Part shown: in pieces, positions 1-9,584 of the stretch
How the letters are laid out: every line of letters begins with the position of its first letter
Numbering within the stretch: position 1 is the first letter of the stretch
NCBI GenBank assembly: GCA_036012755.1
Contig: DASCPX010000183.1
Location: 21,866 to 85,865, forward strand
DNA from: Myxococcota bacterium
Lineage (GTDB): Bacteria > Myxococcota_A > UBA796 > CAJQPC01
Length of the DNA: 64,000 nt
Reading direction: 5' to 3'
Notes under the pieces: model-generated
The model's input: only the letters and a program-made list of their open reading frames with translations
Databases searched by the model: none
What the model was told of the DNA's origin: nothing
Made by a program: the position numbers and the translations under genes

Positions 1-14
1 TACCTGTGGGGTAC

Positions 15-1763
15 CTAGGACAGCGTCGCGTCGAGGGACTCCGGGCTGAAGCCCGCGTCGTGGAGGTGGGCGTAGAGGCCGCCGAGCTCGATGAGCTCCT
101 TGTGCGTGCCGACCTCTGCGACCTTGCCGGCGCGGAGCACGACGATGCGGTCGGCGGCGGCGATGGTCGAGAGCCGGTGGGCGATGACGATGACGGTCTT
201 GCGCTCGAAGATGCGGGCGATGGCGTCCTGGACGAGCTGCTCGGTGACCGGGTCGATCGAGGCGGTGGCCTCGTCGAGGATGACCACCACCGGGTCGTAG
301 GCCATGGTGCGGGCGAAGGTGAGGAGCTGGCCCTCGCCGACGCTCAGGTTCGAGCCGCGCTCCTTGAGGATCTGCCGCCAACCTTCTGGCAGATCCGAGA
401 TGAACTCGCGGGCGTGGACGAGCTCCGCTGCGCCCTCCAGGCGCGCCTCGTCCACCGCCGGGTTGTCGAGAGCGACGTTGAAGCGCACGGTCTCGGGGAA
501 GAGCTGGATGTCCTGGCGCACAGCCGCGACGGCCTTGCGCACCGTGTCCAGCTTGAGCTCGCGGAGCTCGTGACCGTCGAGGGTGATCGAGCCGCGGTAG
601 CCCTCGTAGCTGCGATCGACGAGCCGGGTCAGCGTCGTCTTGCCGCAGCCGGTCGGACCGACGATCGCCACCACCTCGCCGGGGTCGACCTGGAGGCTCA
701 CGCCCTTGAGGACGTCTTCGCCCTCGACGTAGCCGAACTCGACCTCGTCGAGGCGAACACGGCCCTCGATCCCCTCGAGCGAGACCTCGCCGTCGCTGAT
801 CTCCTCCGTCGTGTCCATCAGCCTGAAGATCTTGTCCAGCGCCGCCAGGGCCCGCTGGATGATCGTGATCTTCTGCGAGAGCTGGCGCAGCGGCTGGAAG
901 AGCCGGTTGAGGTAGTCGATGAAGGCCGCCAACAGGCCCGCCGAGACCACCGCTGTGAAGAGGTCGCCGGTCGCGTACCAGAGCATCAGGGCGATGCACA
1001 TCGAGCCCACGCCGTCCACCGCTGCGTACATCAGCGCGTCGAAGATGTTCGAGCGGATCGTCGCGTCCCGGAAGGGCGTGTTCAGGGCGACGAAGCGCTC
1101 GTAGGCCCGCTGCTCGTCGTTGAAGAGCTGGATGATCTCCATGCCGCTGACGCGCTCGGCCATGTAGGCGTTGACCGCGGCGAGGGTCTCCCGGATGCGG
1201 TTGAAGTAGACCCTCAGCCGCCGCCTGCAGAGCTCGATGATCAAGAGCAGCGGCGGGGCCACCAAGAGCAGCACCAGCGTCATCCGCCAGTTCAGCACGA
1301 ACATCGCGGCGAGCACGCCGAAGACCATCAGCACGTCGAGGACGACCGTGATCACCCCAGAGCTGAGCGACTCGCCTAGGGACTCGACGTCCGAGGTCGC
1401 CCGGGTCAACAGCTCCCCAGCCGGTCGGCGGTCGAAGAAGCGGGGCGCCCTCGTCAGCAGGTGCCTGAAGATGCCTTCTCTCAGGCGCAGGATCGTGCGC
1501 TGGCCACCGATGCCCAGGCAGATGCCGTAGGTCGTCTCCACGAGGTAGGCGGCGACGATGCAGCCGAGGTAGACGCCCGCGAGCTCGGCGAGGCCCTCGA
1601 CCCGGCCGGTCACGACGTGCTCGTCCAGGATCTCCTTCATCAGCAGGGGCTGGTACAGGGCCAGACCCGCGGACAGCGGCGTGAGCAACATGGCCAGCAG
1701 GAACAGGGGAGCGTCCGCCTTCGCGTAGGGCCAGATGCGAGCGAGCAGCTTGAGGTCCTTCAC
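15..1763 (-). CDS. ABC exporter, fused permease/ATPase (MdlB/MsbA-like half)
   Basis: TM region, then GPTGCGKT, LSVGEGQ, ILDEAT and IAHRLST. GTG start overlaps the upstream TGA. Confidence 0.9.
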   Translation of the reverse strand: MKDLKLLARIWPYAKADAPLFLLAMLLTPLSAGLALYQPLLMKEILDEHVVTGRVEGLAELAGVYLGCIVAAYLVETTYGICLGIGGQRTILRLREGIFRHLLTRAPRFFDRRPAGELLTRATSDVESLGESLSSGVITVVLDVLMVFGVLAAMFVLNWRMTLVLLLVAPPLLLIIELCRRRLRVYFNRIRETLAAVNAYMAERVSGMEIIQLFNDEQRAYERFVALNTPFRDATIRSNIFDALMYAAVDGVGSMCIALMLWYATGDLFTAVVSAGLLAAFIDYLNRLFQPLRQLSQKITIIQRALAALDKIFRLMDTTEEISDGEVSLEGIEGRVRLDEVEFGYVEGEDVLKGVSLQVDPGEVVAIVGPTGCGKTTLTRLVDRSYEGYRGSITLDGHELRELKLDTVRKAVAAVRQDIQLFPETVRFNVALDNPAVDEARLEGAAELVHAREFISDLPEGWRQILKERGSNLSVGEGQLLTFARTMAYDPVVVILDEATASIDPVTEQLVQDAIARIFERKTVIVIAHRLSTIAAADRIVVLRAGKVAEVGTHKELIELGGLYAHLHDAGFSPESLDATLS

Positions 1764-3487
1764 CCCTTGCCCCCCTTGTCCTGCTGGGCCAGCCAGGCCT
1801 CCCGGTAGGGCCCCGGCATGCCCACGAGGTCCTCGTGCCGCCCCTCGGCGACCTTCCTGCCTTTGTCGAGGACCAGGACGCGATCGACGCGCCGCAGCAC
1901 ACTCATGCGGTGGCTGACCAGGATGGTCGTGGGTCTCTGGTCGCCGCTGGCGAGGCTCTCGAGGGTGTCGATGAGGTCGCGCTCGGTCGCCTGGTCGACG
2001 GCAGAGAGCACGTCGTCGAGCACGAGCAGGTCGTAGCGGCGGTACAGCGCCCGGGCCAGCGCCGTGCGCTGCCGCTGACCGCCGCTGAGCATGATCCCGC
2101 GCTCCCCGACGATGGTGTCCAGGCCGTCCGGGAGGGCCGGGAGGTCGGCCCGCAGCGCCGCCCGATCGACGGCGAGCTCGACGTCGCCCTCTCGGCCCAT
2201 CGCCACGTTGTCGCGGATCGAGTCGGAGAAGAGGAAGGGCACCTGGGGTGCCACCGCCAGCTTCTGCCTCCAGGCGGCCAGGTCGAGCTCCCGCAGGTCC
2301 GTGCCGTCCACCTCGACCGCACCTGGCGGAGGGTTCCAGGTCCGCGTGAGGAGGCGCAACAGCGTGGTCTTTCCAGAGCCGGTCGGCCCGTAGATGCCGA
2401 GCACGCAGCCTGGCTCGATGTCCACGTCGAGCTCTGAGAGCGCCTCCTCGGCGCCCTCGCCGTAGGTGAAAGAGAGCCCCCGGATCCGGATGTGTGGGGC
2501 CCCCTCTGGGAGCTCGACCCGCGTGTCCCGGTCCGGCCTCTCCGGCTCCCGGTAGAGGATCTCGTCGATGCGCTCCAGCGAGATCATGCCTCGCTGGAAG
2601 ACCGACACGAGCCAGCCCAGCGACATCAGCGGCCACAGCAGGTAGGCGATGAAGGTCACGAAGGCGACGAGCTCGCCGACGCTGACCTCGCCTGCGATGG
2701 CCATCGGGCCGCCACGGGACAACAGGAGGTAGATGCCCGTCGCTCCAGAGGCGCCCAGGAGAGGGAAGATGCTCGAGCGGACCAAGGCCAGCTTCACGTT
2801 CGTCCGCTTGTAGGCCTCGTTGCGCTCGGCGAAGCGTGCGACGAAGGCCTCTTCTGCCGTGAAGCCCTGGATGGTCTGCACGCCCTGGAGCGACGACAAC
2901 ACGACGTCCGAGAGCGCCGCCAGCTGCTGCTGGGCGACTCGGACGAGCTTGTGGAGGCGGAGGATGCCGACCTGCAGGATCACCATCCCGATGAGGATCG
3001 GGGCGGTGACCATCAGCGTCAGCGTTGGCGACAGGCGGACCATCTCGCCGCCGGTCAACAACAGGGCCAGCGTCACGTTGCAGATCTGGAGCCCACCGAA
3101 GCCGACGAGCGCCCGCAGGTAGGCGATGTCGTTGCTGGCGCGGCTGACGATGTCGCCGGTCTCCATGCCCGCGTAGAAGCGCGGCTGGACCCGGGTGAGC
3201 TGGGCGAACAGGTCGTTCTTCAGGTGGAACTCGACGAGCCGTCCCGGGGTGAAGAAGAGCACGCGGGACAGGCTGCGCACGCCGATCACGGAGAGCCCCA
3301 TCAGGGCGATGACGACCACCTCCTCGCGGACCTTCTCGGCGTCGGAGAGCGAGTCGATGGCCGAGGCCATGTGGAGTGGGATCTGGACCGCCAGCCAGTT
3401 CGTCAGCGCGAGGAAGACGAAGCCGCCGATGTACCACTGCCAGTAGCGGGCCGCGTAGCGCAGCCCGAAGCGCCCCAGGCCCTTCAA
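1760..3487 (-). CDS. ABC exporter, fused permease/ATPase (MdlA-like half)
   Basis: GPTGSGKT, LSGGQRQR, degenerate Walker B LVLDDVLS, SHR. TTG start in a TTGA overlap. Likely heterodimer with the downstream gene. Confidence 0.9.
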   Translation of the reverse strand: MKGLGRFGLRYAARYWQWYIGGFVFLALTNWLAVQIPLHMASAIDSLSDAEKVREEVVVIALMGLSVIGVRSLSRVLFFTPGRLVEFHLKNDLFAQLTRVQPRFYAGMETGDIVSRASNDIAYLRALVGFGGLQICNVTLALLLTGGEMVRLSPTLTLMVTAPILIGMVILQVGILRLHKLVRVAQQQLAALSDVVLSSLQGVQTIQGFTAEEAFVARFAERNEAYKRTNVKLALVRSSIFPLLGASGATGIYLLLSRGGPMAIAGEVSVGELVAFVTFIAYLLWPLMSLGWLVSVFQRGMISLERIDEILYREPERPDRDTRVELPEGAPHIRIRGLSFTYGEGAEEALSELDVDIEPGCVLGIYGPTGSGKTTLLRLLTRTWNPPPGAVEVDGTDLRELDLAAWRQKLAVAPQVPFLFSDSIRDNVAMGREGDVELAVDRAALRADLPALPDGLDTIVGERGIMLSGGQRQRTALARALYRRYDLLVLDDVLSAVDQATERDLIDTLESLASGDQRPTTILVSHRMSVLRRVDRVLVLDKGRKVAEGRHEDLVGMPGPYREAWLAQQDKGGKG

Positions 3488-4218
3488 GCAGGGTCGACCA
3501 GGAAGCGATGCAGCGCGAGCAGGGCCCGGCCGAGCACGAGTCGCGCTGGACCGTCCGTCGGTCGGAGGGTGAGCAGGGTGTCGACGCGACGCCCTTCGAT
3601 GTCCAGCGTCAAGACGACCGTCTCGGGAGCGCTCCCGCGGAGGAGCTCCAGCTCCCCGGTCTCGAGCTGGAGCACGACGTTCCCTCGCTCGCCGTCGCTC
3701 CAGTTGCAGACCAGCCAGGACTTCGACTCGGACAGGTCGATCGCAGCGGGCATGCGGAGCCCGTCGTGCAGCAGCAGCTTGGTGATGGGTCGCCAGCTGA
3801 CGACCATCGGCTCGAGCTCGTCCGTGTCGTCCGGTGGAAGGAGCGGGCTGTGCCAGGAGGGCTCGGTGGAGTCGTCCTCGCTGTCGTCTTCGTCGACGTC
3901 TTCGGCCGGGTCGGGGATCGGGAGGTGGTCGTCGGGATCCTCGAGGATGTCGTCCCACTCGCCGACATCCTCCCAGCCCTCCTCGCCGTCGATCGTGGCC
4001 TCGTCCCAGGCGGGATCCGATGGCGCCAGGTCGTCGGCCTTCTCCAAGAGGTCCTCTGGCTCCCACAGCTCGTCATCGGCCGAGGTCTCCTCGTCCTCGT
4101 CGAGGTCCTCGTCGACCTCGAGCGGGTCATCGAGGAGGTCCTCGTCCTCCCACCAGGCCTCGTCCTCGACGTCGTCGGGGCTCTCCAAGGGGAGCTCGAC
4201 GCTCTTGTCACGGCTCAC
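3484..4218 (-). CDS. Acidic low-complexity protein with C-terminal RimB-like (retropepsin-type) domain, degenerate
   Basis: Long D/E/W-rich N-terminus. C-terminus VVSWR...PAAIDLS...LVLGRALL..RFLVDP. GTGA overlap. Confidence 0.55.
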   Translation of the reverse strand: MSRDKSVELPLESPDDVEDEAWWEDEDLLDDPLEVDEDLDEDEETSADDELWEPEDLLEKADDLAPSDPAWDEATIDGEEGWEDVGEWDDILEDPDDHLPIPDPAEDVDEDDSEDDSTEPSWHSPLLPPDDTDELEPMVVSWRPITKLLLHDGLRMPAAIDLSESKSWLVCNWSDGERGNVVLQLETGELELLRGSAPETVVLTLDIEGRRVDTLLTLRPTDGPARLVLGRALLALHRFLVDPA

Positions 4219-4832
4219 TGGTTGCGCTGGAGCTTGAAGTAGGAGAACGCGATGTTGGAGATGCGGGCGCTGTTCTGCTCCCACCAGAAGCCGCCGATGT
4301 CGCTCGCCGCCTCCACGACCGCCTGGGTCGCGAAGGTCTCTCCGCCGGTGGCGATGTCCTCGCCGAGCTTGCTGGCGAGGTTCACCTCGTGGCCGTAGAA
4401 GTCGTCGCCGTCGATGTCGAGGATCTCGCCCCAGCCGAGCCCGAGGCTCACGCTGACGCTGTCGTTGAAGTGCCGCCCGACCGCATCCGCGAGGCAGGCC
4501 TCGTGCATGCCCACCGCGGCTCGAACAGCATCGCTCGGAGTCTGGAAGGTCGCGTAGAGGTTGTCCGCCTCTGCCTTCACCAGGTTTCCGCCGTGCTCGG
4601 CGATCACCGGCCCGACGAGCTCGCGCATGCGCTGGATGAGGCCCAGGAAGTGGAGGATGCCCTCCTCCTGGGTGATGCGTGAGAAGCCGGACATGTCCGA
4701 GATCAACACCGCGCGGCGAGCCAGGAAGCGCTGCTGGATGAGCCCATCGACCTCGGCGCGGCCGGCCGCGTCGATGTGCCGGTTTCGCGCCTGGAGGAGC
4801 GCGTTGAGCTCTTCGACGGCTGGTGTGGACAT
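4215..4832 (-). CDS. Stand-alone class III adenylate/guanylate cyclase
   Basis: SDMSGFS, VKAEADN, GLGWG and DFYGHEVNLASKL motifs. Confidence 0.85.
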   Translation of the reverse strand: MSTPAVEELNALLQARNRHIDAAGRAEVDGLIQQRFLARRAVLISDMSGFSRITQEEGILHFLGLIQRMRELVGPVIAEHGGNLVKAEADNLYATFQTPSDAVRAAVGMHEACLADAVGRHFNDSVSVSLGLGWGEILDIDGDDFYGHEVNLASKLGEDIATGGETFATQAVVEAASDIGGFWWEQNSARISNIAFSYFKLQRNQ

Positions 4833-4870
4833 CGCCAGAGCCTATCGCGCTCCGTCCGACGAGGGATGCC

Positions 4871-4911
4871 TGCGCCGAATCGACGCAGCGCACCTGCTCC
4901 GATCTGGAGCA
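4871..4911 (+). promoter_or_regulatory. Two 17-bp dyads, putative bEBP enhancer (UAS)
   Basis: TGCGCC-N5-GACGCA (4871-4887) and TGCTCC-N5-GGAGCA (4895-4911). NtrC-site-like geometry upstream of the sigma54 motif. Confidence 0.55.
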
Positions 4912-4934
4912 CACCCGCCCTGCCTTTCACCTGA

Positions 4935-4947
4935 TTTCAGCCCCTTA
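4935..4947 (+). promoter_or_regulatory. Putative IHF site
   Basis: TTTCAG-CCCC-TTA, one mismatch to WATCAR-N4-TTR, lying between the UAS and the sigma54 motif. Confidence 0.35.
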
Positions 4948-4952
4948 CAGCC

Positions 4953-4968
4953 TGGCCCGCCTCGTGCA
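4953..4968 (+). promoter_or_regulatory. sigma54 (-24/-12) promoter
   Basis: TGGCCCGCCTCGTGCA = GG-N10-GC, 33 bp before the MBL gene of an operon that encodes a bEBP. Confidence 0.65.
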
Positions 4969-5001
4969 TTGTTCGGTCTCCCAACGAGACAGGGAGCCAA
5001 C

Positions 5002-5793
5002 ATGGACGTCCGATTCTGGGGAGTGCGCGGCAGCATTCCCGTCTCCGGCGCGCGCTACCTCGGCGCCGGCGGCAACACATCCTGCGTCGAGTTCCTGCAT
5101 CGGGGGCGTCGGCTGGTCATCGACGGGGGCACTGGTTTGCGCGCCCTCGGGGCCAGCCTGGGCTTCCGGCCCGTCGAGGCGACCTTCTTGTTCACCCACG
5201 TGCACTGGGATCACATCCAGGGCGTTCCCTTCTTCGGGCCGGCCTTCCACCCGGACAGTCGCTTCGTCTTCGGCGGTGCGGCGGGTCTCCAGGAGGCCCT
5301 CTCCGAGCAGATGAAGGCCCCACAGTTCCCCATCACGCTGGAGGCCGTCCGAGCTGGAATCGACTGGTTGGAGCTCGAGAGCCAGCGCACCTTTCGCGTC
5401 GGCCCGTTTTCCGTGACTCCGCTGTCCATGAACCACCCGGACGGTGTCTTCGCCTACCGGGTCGAGACCGGGGACCACAGCGTCGTCTTCGCCACCGACG
5501 TCGAGCACGCCGGGGTCGTCGACGAGGCCCTCGTGGAGCTCTCCGCCGGCGCGGACCTGCTCGTGCACGACGCCCAGTACACCCCGGACGAGTACGCCGT
5601 GCGCCGGGGCTGGGGCCACTCCACCGTCGACGAGGCCATCGAGGTCGCGCGCCGAGCCGAGGTCGGAGCGCTGGCTCTCTTCCACCACGACCCGGCGCGG
5701 GACGACGAGGCCCTGTGCCGCTTGGAGGCCCGAGCTCGCAGCCGGCTTCCCGGTGCCTTCGTGGCGCGGGAGGGGCCGGCCCTGGCGCTTTGA
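5002..5793 (+). CDS. MBL-fold metallo-hydrolase (RNase Z / phosphodiesterase-like)
   Basis: FWGVRGS, GGNTSC, THVHWDHIQG, HDAQY, GWGHS, FHHDP. GGAG RBS. Confidence 0.88.
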   Translation: MDVRFWGVRGSIPVSGARYLGAGGNTSCVEFLHRGRRLVIDGGTGLRALGASLGFRPVEATFLFTHVHWDHIQGVPFFGPAFHPDSRFVFGGAAGLQEALSEQMKAPQFPITLEAVRAGIDWLELESQRTFRVGPFSVTPLSMNHPDGVFAYRVETGDHSVVFATDVEHAGVVDEALVELSAGADLLVHDAQYTPDEYAVRRGWGHSTVDEAIEVARRAEVGALALFHHDPARDDEALCRLEARARSRLPGAFVAREGPALAL

Positions 5794-7241
5794 CGTCCCG
5801 GTCGGCGAGGCAGTACGCTGAGGACATCCTTCGCCGAGTCCTCGATCGTCGCGTCACGCTGGGCCGAGTCGAGCTGGATCGCGTGCTGGAGCGGATCATC
5901 GACGAGGTGCGGGTTCAGCTCGGCGCCGATCGCGGCACCCTCTACCTCGTCGACCACGCCACCTGCGAGCTGGTCTCCCGGGTCGCCCACCTCCCGGAGA
6001 TCCGGCGCATCCGGCTGCGCATCGGCGAGGGCGTCGCCGGACGCGTCGCGGCCACGGGCGAGGTCGTGCGCGTACCCCCTGGGCCCACGGCTCGCGGCAT
6101 CGACGCCCTGACCGGCTACGTCACGAAGAACCTCGTCGCCGCCCCAGTGGTCTCTGGCGGCGCCGTCGTCGCCGTGCTGCAGGTGCTCAACAAGCCGGGA
6201 GGCTTCTCGGACGAGGACGTCGAGCTCCTCGCTGTCCTCTCCGAGCGGGTCGCCGAGCTCTTGGACCAGACCTCGCTGTCCGCGCAGCTCCGCCCTGGAC
6301 ACCGCCAGCCGCTGGCCTTTCGCTTCAACCACATCGTGGGGGACTCCGCGGTGATGCAGGCGGTCTACGAGCGCACCGCGAAGGCGGCGAGGTCCATGGC
6401 GACCGTGCTGGTGCGCGGAGAGTCGGGCACCGGCAAGGAGCTCATCGCCCGGGCCATCCACGAGAACTCGGGCCGGGCCGGGTGCCCTTTCGTCAAGGTC
6501 GACTGCGCCGCGCTACCCGAGAACCTCGTCGAGAACGAGCTCTTCGGCCACGTCCGAGGGGCCTACACCTCGGCTGGCAGCGACGCCTCCGGCAAGGTCG
6601 ACGCTGCACTGGGAGGCACCCTCTTCCTCGACGAGATCGGCGAGCTCGGGCTGCCGGTCCAGACCCGCCTGCTCCGGCTCTTGCAAGACCGGTGCTTCGT
6701 CCGGGTCGGCGGCACGCAGTCGATCGAGGCGGACGTTCGCTTCGTCTGCGCGACCCACGTCGACCTCGAGGAGGCCGTGCGGGACAAGCGCTTCCGCCAG
6801 GACCTCTACTACCGGCTGCGGGTCATCGAGGTCCGCACTCCGGCGCTGAGGGAGCGAGGGGGAGGGGACCTCGACCGACTCGTCGACCACTTCCTCCACC
6901 GCTTCTGCCGGGAACACGATCGGGACGTCGAGCTGAGCGATGCGGCGCGAGCCGCGCTCCATGGCCACGACTGGCCCGGCAACGTGCGGGAGCTGGAGCA
7001 CTGCCTGGAGTCGGCGGTGGTCCTCGCGGAGGGGAGCACGATCGAGCGGGAGAGCCTGGCGCTGGGGCCCCACCGGCCGGCGGTCCCGGGGGTCTTCCGC
7101 TCCGGGGTCGTCCCGCTGGAGGAGCTCGAGCGCAGCTACGTCCAGCACGTGCTGGAGCTCTGCGGGGGCAACAAGTCAGAGGCCGCCCGGGTGCTCGGGA
7201 TCGGCCGGAACCGGCTCTCCAGGAAGCTCTCCGACCGCTGA
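5790..7241 (+). CDS. GAF-domain sigma54-dependent Fis-family activator (bEBP)
   Basis: GAF domain, [13 protein letters not shown]-x-x-[32 protein letters not shown]-terminal HTH. TTGA overlap. Confidence 0.92.
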   Translation: MTSRSARQYAEDILRRVLDRRVTLGRVELDRVLERIIDEVRVQLGADRGTLYLVDHATCELVSRVAHLPEIRRIRLRIGEGVAGRVAATGEVVRVPPGPTARGIDALTGYVTKNLVAAPVVSGGAVVAVLQVLNKPGGFSDEDVELLAVLSERVAELLDQTSLSAQLRPGHRQPLAFRFNHIVGDSAVMQAVYERTAKAARSMATVLVRGESGTGKELIARAIHENSGRAGCPFVKVDCAALPENLVENELFGHVRGAYTSAGSDASGKVDAALGGTLFLDEIGELGLPVQTRLLRLLQDRCFVRVGGTQSIEADVRFVCATHVDLEEAVRDKRFRQDLYYRLRVIEVRTPALRERGGGDLDRLVDHFLHRFCREHDRDVELSDAARAALHGHDWPGNVRELEHCLESAVVLAEGSTIERESLALGPHRPAVPGVFRSGVVPLEELERSYVQHVLELCGGNKSEAARVLGIGRNRLSRKLSDR

Positions 7242-7270
7242 CAATCGGTTTCAACTCAAGGACAATTGGT
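7240..7270 (+). promoter_or_regulatory. Direct repeat GACAATYGGT x2 (21-bp period) upstream of flp
   Basis: GACAATCGGT at 7240-7249 and GACAATTGGT at 7261-7270, in an AT-richer spacer. Confidence 0.4.
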
Positions 7271-7323
7271 GTTTTCCCGATGCTCTCGTCAGGGATAGAC
7301 TGTCGTCTTCCCCCGGAGGCCTC

Positions 7324-7500
7324 ATGTCGTCCTTCCTTCGTCGTTTCCTGGCTGACGAGTCGGCCGCCACGTCGATCGAATACGGGCTGATCGCCGTGGT
7401 CGTGAGCGTTGGCATCCTCGCCAGCGTGCAGGCCTTCAGCGGCTCGCTGGCCAACCTCTGGAACTACACCGCGACGAACATCACGGCGAACCTGCCCTAG
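7324..7500 (+). CDS. flp: Flp/Fap family type IVc pilin
   Basis: FLADESAATSIEYGLIA Flp motif, 58 aa, GGAGG RBS. Confidence 0.88.
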   Translation: MSSFLRRFLADESAATSIEYGLIAVVVSVGILASVQAFSGSLANLWNYTATNITANLP

Positions 7501-7502
7501 GG

Positions 7503-9584
7503 CTGCGCTACGGGGCGCTCCTGTGCGCCTCGGGGGCTTGCGCGCTGGCCTACGAGGTGTTGTGGATGCGGCGCTTCGCGCTGCTCTTCGGCGCCTCTGC
7601 GATCGCCACGACCTTGACCCTGGCCACGGTCTTCGGGGGGCTGGGGCTCGGGGGACTGCTCGGTGGTCGCCTGCCAGCGCACCGTCCGAACCGGACCTAC
7701 GCCCTGCTCGAGGTCTCCGCGGCGCTCTGGGCCCTTGCCCTGCCCTTCGGGCTCGTCGCCCTCACGCCTCTGGTCCAGCGAGCGGACTCCCTGCTGGTCG
7801 ACGCCTTGGTCGTCGCGCTGCTCGCCGGGCCTCCAGCGGTGGCCTTGGGCGCCACGCTCCCGGTGCTGGCCCGGGGCTTTCGGAGCCGGGCCACCGTCGC
7901 CGGGCTCTACGCGGCGAACACCGCCGGGGCAGTGATCGGCGCGCTGGCGGTTCCGGCTCTGTTGCTCCCGCTCTTCGGCGTCACGGGCTCCGAGCGCCTC
8001 GTCGCCATCAGTGGCATCGCCGTCGCGGTCGTCGCTGGCCTCAGCGGTCTCCAGCGACGGGAGCGGGCGGTGGATCGGGTGCTGCGAGCCGACGCCCTGC
8101 TCGCCGTCGCCGCCGCGGGGTTCTCGGCGATGGTGCTGGAGGTCGCGTGGACACGCCTGGGCGCGGTGCTGCTCGGTCCCTCGATCCATGCCCTCGCCTG
8201 GGTGCTGGCGGCCTTCCTGGGCGGTATCGCCGTCGGTGCGGCCCTCGGTCGTCGCAGAGGTCGCCTCGACCACGCGTTGGGGGCCATGGCCCTCTGCGCG
8301 CTCGCTGGCACCTTCGTCTACGCCCAGGCGCCCCTGATGTTCGCGAGCCTGTATGACCGCCTCGGCCCGGAGGGTCTCTGGCTCGCTTCGGTCGGTCTCG
8401 CGGTGCTCACGATGGCCGGGGCCCCCATCGCCAGTGGCTTCGTCTTCGCTCGAGCCCTGGAGCAGGGCGAGGTCGGCGCGCTCTACGGCGCCAACACGCT
8501 GCTGGGTGTGGTCGGCGCCGCGCTGGCCGGGCTGGTCCTCGTGCCAGCCCTCGGGGTGCAGGGGACCGTCGTCGTCGCCGCAGTCGTGGTGGCGCTCGCG
8601 GCCTCCGTGGTGGGCCGGAGACCGTGGTGGATCCTGGCCGCTGTCGCCCTCGCGGCGCTGATGCCGGACTGGGACGCCAGGCTGTATGCGGTCGGGATCT
8701 ACAGCCGGGTCAGCGATCTCGGGGACCGCAGCCGCGAGGGCATCCGGAGCTTCGCGCAGGAGGGCTGGGACCTGCTCTTCTACGAGGACGGTCGGACCGC
8801 GGCGGTGGCGGTCGGCCAGAGCACTACGACGGGCACGATCTGGCTGTCCATCAACGGCAAGGTCGACGCCTCCACCGGTGACGACATGCCGACCCAGGTG
8901 CTCTCCGGCCAGATCCCGCTGCGCATGCACGGCGCCGCCAGGGACGTCCTCGTCGTGGGGCTCGCCTCCGGAGTCACGGCAGGGGCTGTGCTCGACGAGG
9001 GCGTGGAGTCCCTGGTCATCGTCGAGCTCGAGCCCAGGGTGGTCGAGGCCAGCCACTACTTCGACGATTACTCCGGAGCCCCGCTGTCCGACGAGCGCAC
9101 GCGCCTGCGGGTCGACGACGCCCGGGCGGTCCTCTCGGAGCCCCAGACCTTCGACGTCATCATCAGCGAGCCCAGCAACCCCTGGATCACGGGGGTGTCG
9201 AACCTCTTCACCCTCGAGTACTGGGAGCTGGGGCGCAGCCGGCTCCGGGAAGGCGGGGTCTTCTGCCAGTGGATCCAGCTCTACGGGCTCGGGACCCGGG
9301 AACTCCTCAGCGTCGTCGCTACCTTCGTCGAGGTCTTCCCCCAGACCTGGCTGTACGAGCCGCTCGAGGGCGGCGACGTGCTCCTCGTCGGTGCGCTCGG
9401 AGAGGTCTTGCTGGACGATCTCGACCCCGTGTTGGGCCCCGACGGCGTCCAGCGTCTGGCCGGTGGGGCCCGCCTCAACACCGACGAGCACCCCTGGGTC
9501 GAGCTCGAGGCGCCCAGGGCGATGCACCTCGCGACGGTTGTGGCCAACAAGGAGGCCATCCGGCGCGTTAGCGGCCGACAGTGA
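7503..9584 (+). CDS. Fused membrane (MFS-like) / spermidine synthase-like protein
   Basis: SGACALAYEVLW...LYAANTAGA duplicated TM unit; VLVVGLASGVT, DVIISEPSNPW. Start uncertain: CTG 7503 or GTG 7557. Confidence 0.82.
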   Translation: MRYGALLCASGACALAYEVLWMRRFALLFGASAIATTLTLATVFGGLGLGGLLGGRLPAHRPNRTYALLEVSAALWALALPFGLVALTPLVQRADSLLVDALVVALLAGPPAVALGATLPVLARGFRSRATVAGLYAANTAGAVIGALAVPALLLPLFGVTGSERLVAISGIAVAVVAGLSGLQRRERAVDRVLRADALLAVAAAGFSAMVLEVAWTRLGAVLLGPSIHALAWVLAAFLGGIAVGAALGRRRGRLDHALGAMALCALAGTFVYAQAPLMFASLYDRLGPEGLWLASVGLAVLTMAGAPIASGFVFARALEQGEVGALYGANTLLGVVGAALAGLVLVPALGVQGTVVVAAVVVALAASVVGRRPWWILAAVALAALMPDWDARLYAVGIYSRVSDLGDRSREGIRSFAQEGWDLLFYEDGRTAAVAVGQSTTTGTIWLSINGKVDASTGDDMPTQVLSGQIPLRMHGAARDVLVVGLASGVTAGAVLDEGVESLVIVELEPRVVEASHYFDDYSGAPLSDERTRLRVDDARAVLSEPQTFDVIISEPSNPWITGVSNLFTLEYWELGRSRLREGGVFCQWIQLYGLGTRELLSVVATFVEVFPQTWLYEPLEGGDVLLVGALGEVLLDDLDPVLGPDGVQRLAGGARLNTDEHPWVELEAPRAMHLATVVANKEAIRRVSGRQ

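Noticed and set aside
8..16. GGGGTACCT matching the tRNA 3' end at 63992-64000, as a possible att site
   Set aside because: Only 9 bp, no integrase, and the enclosed region carries housekeeping genes (trpS, mpl).
7266..7284. sigma54 promoter before flp
   Set aside because: Spacing is GG-N12-GC, not the obligatory N10.
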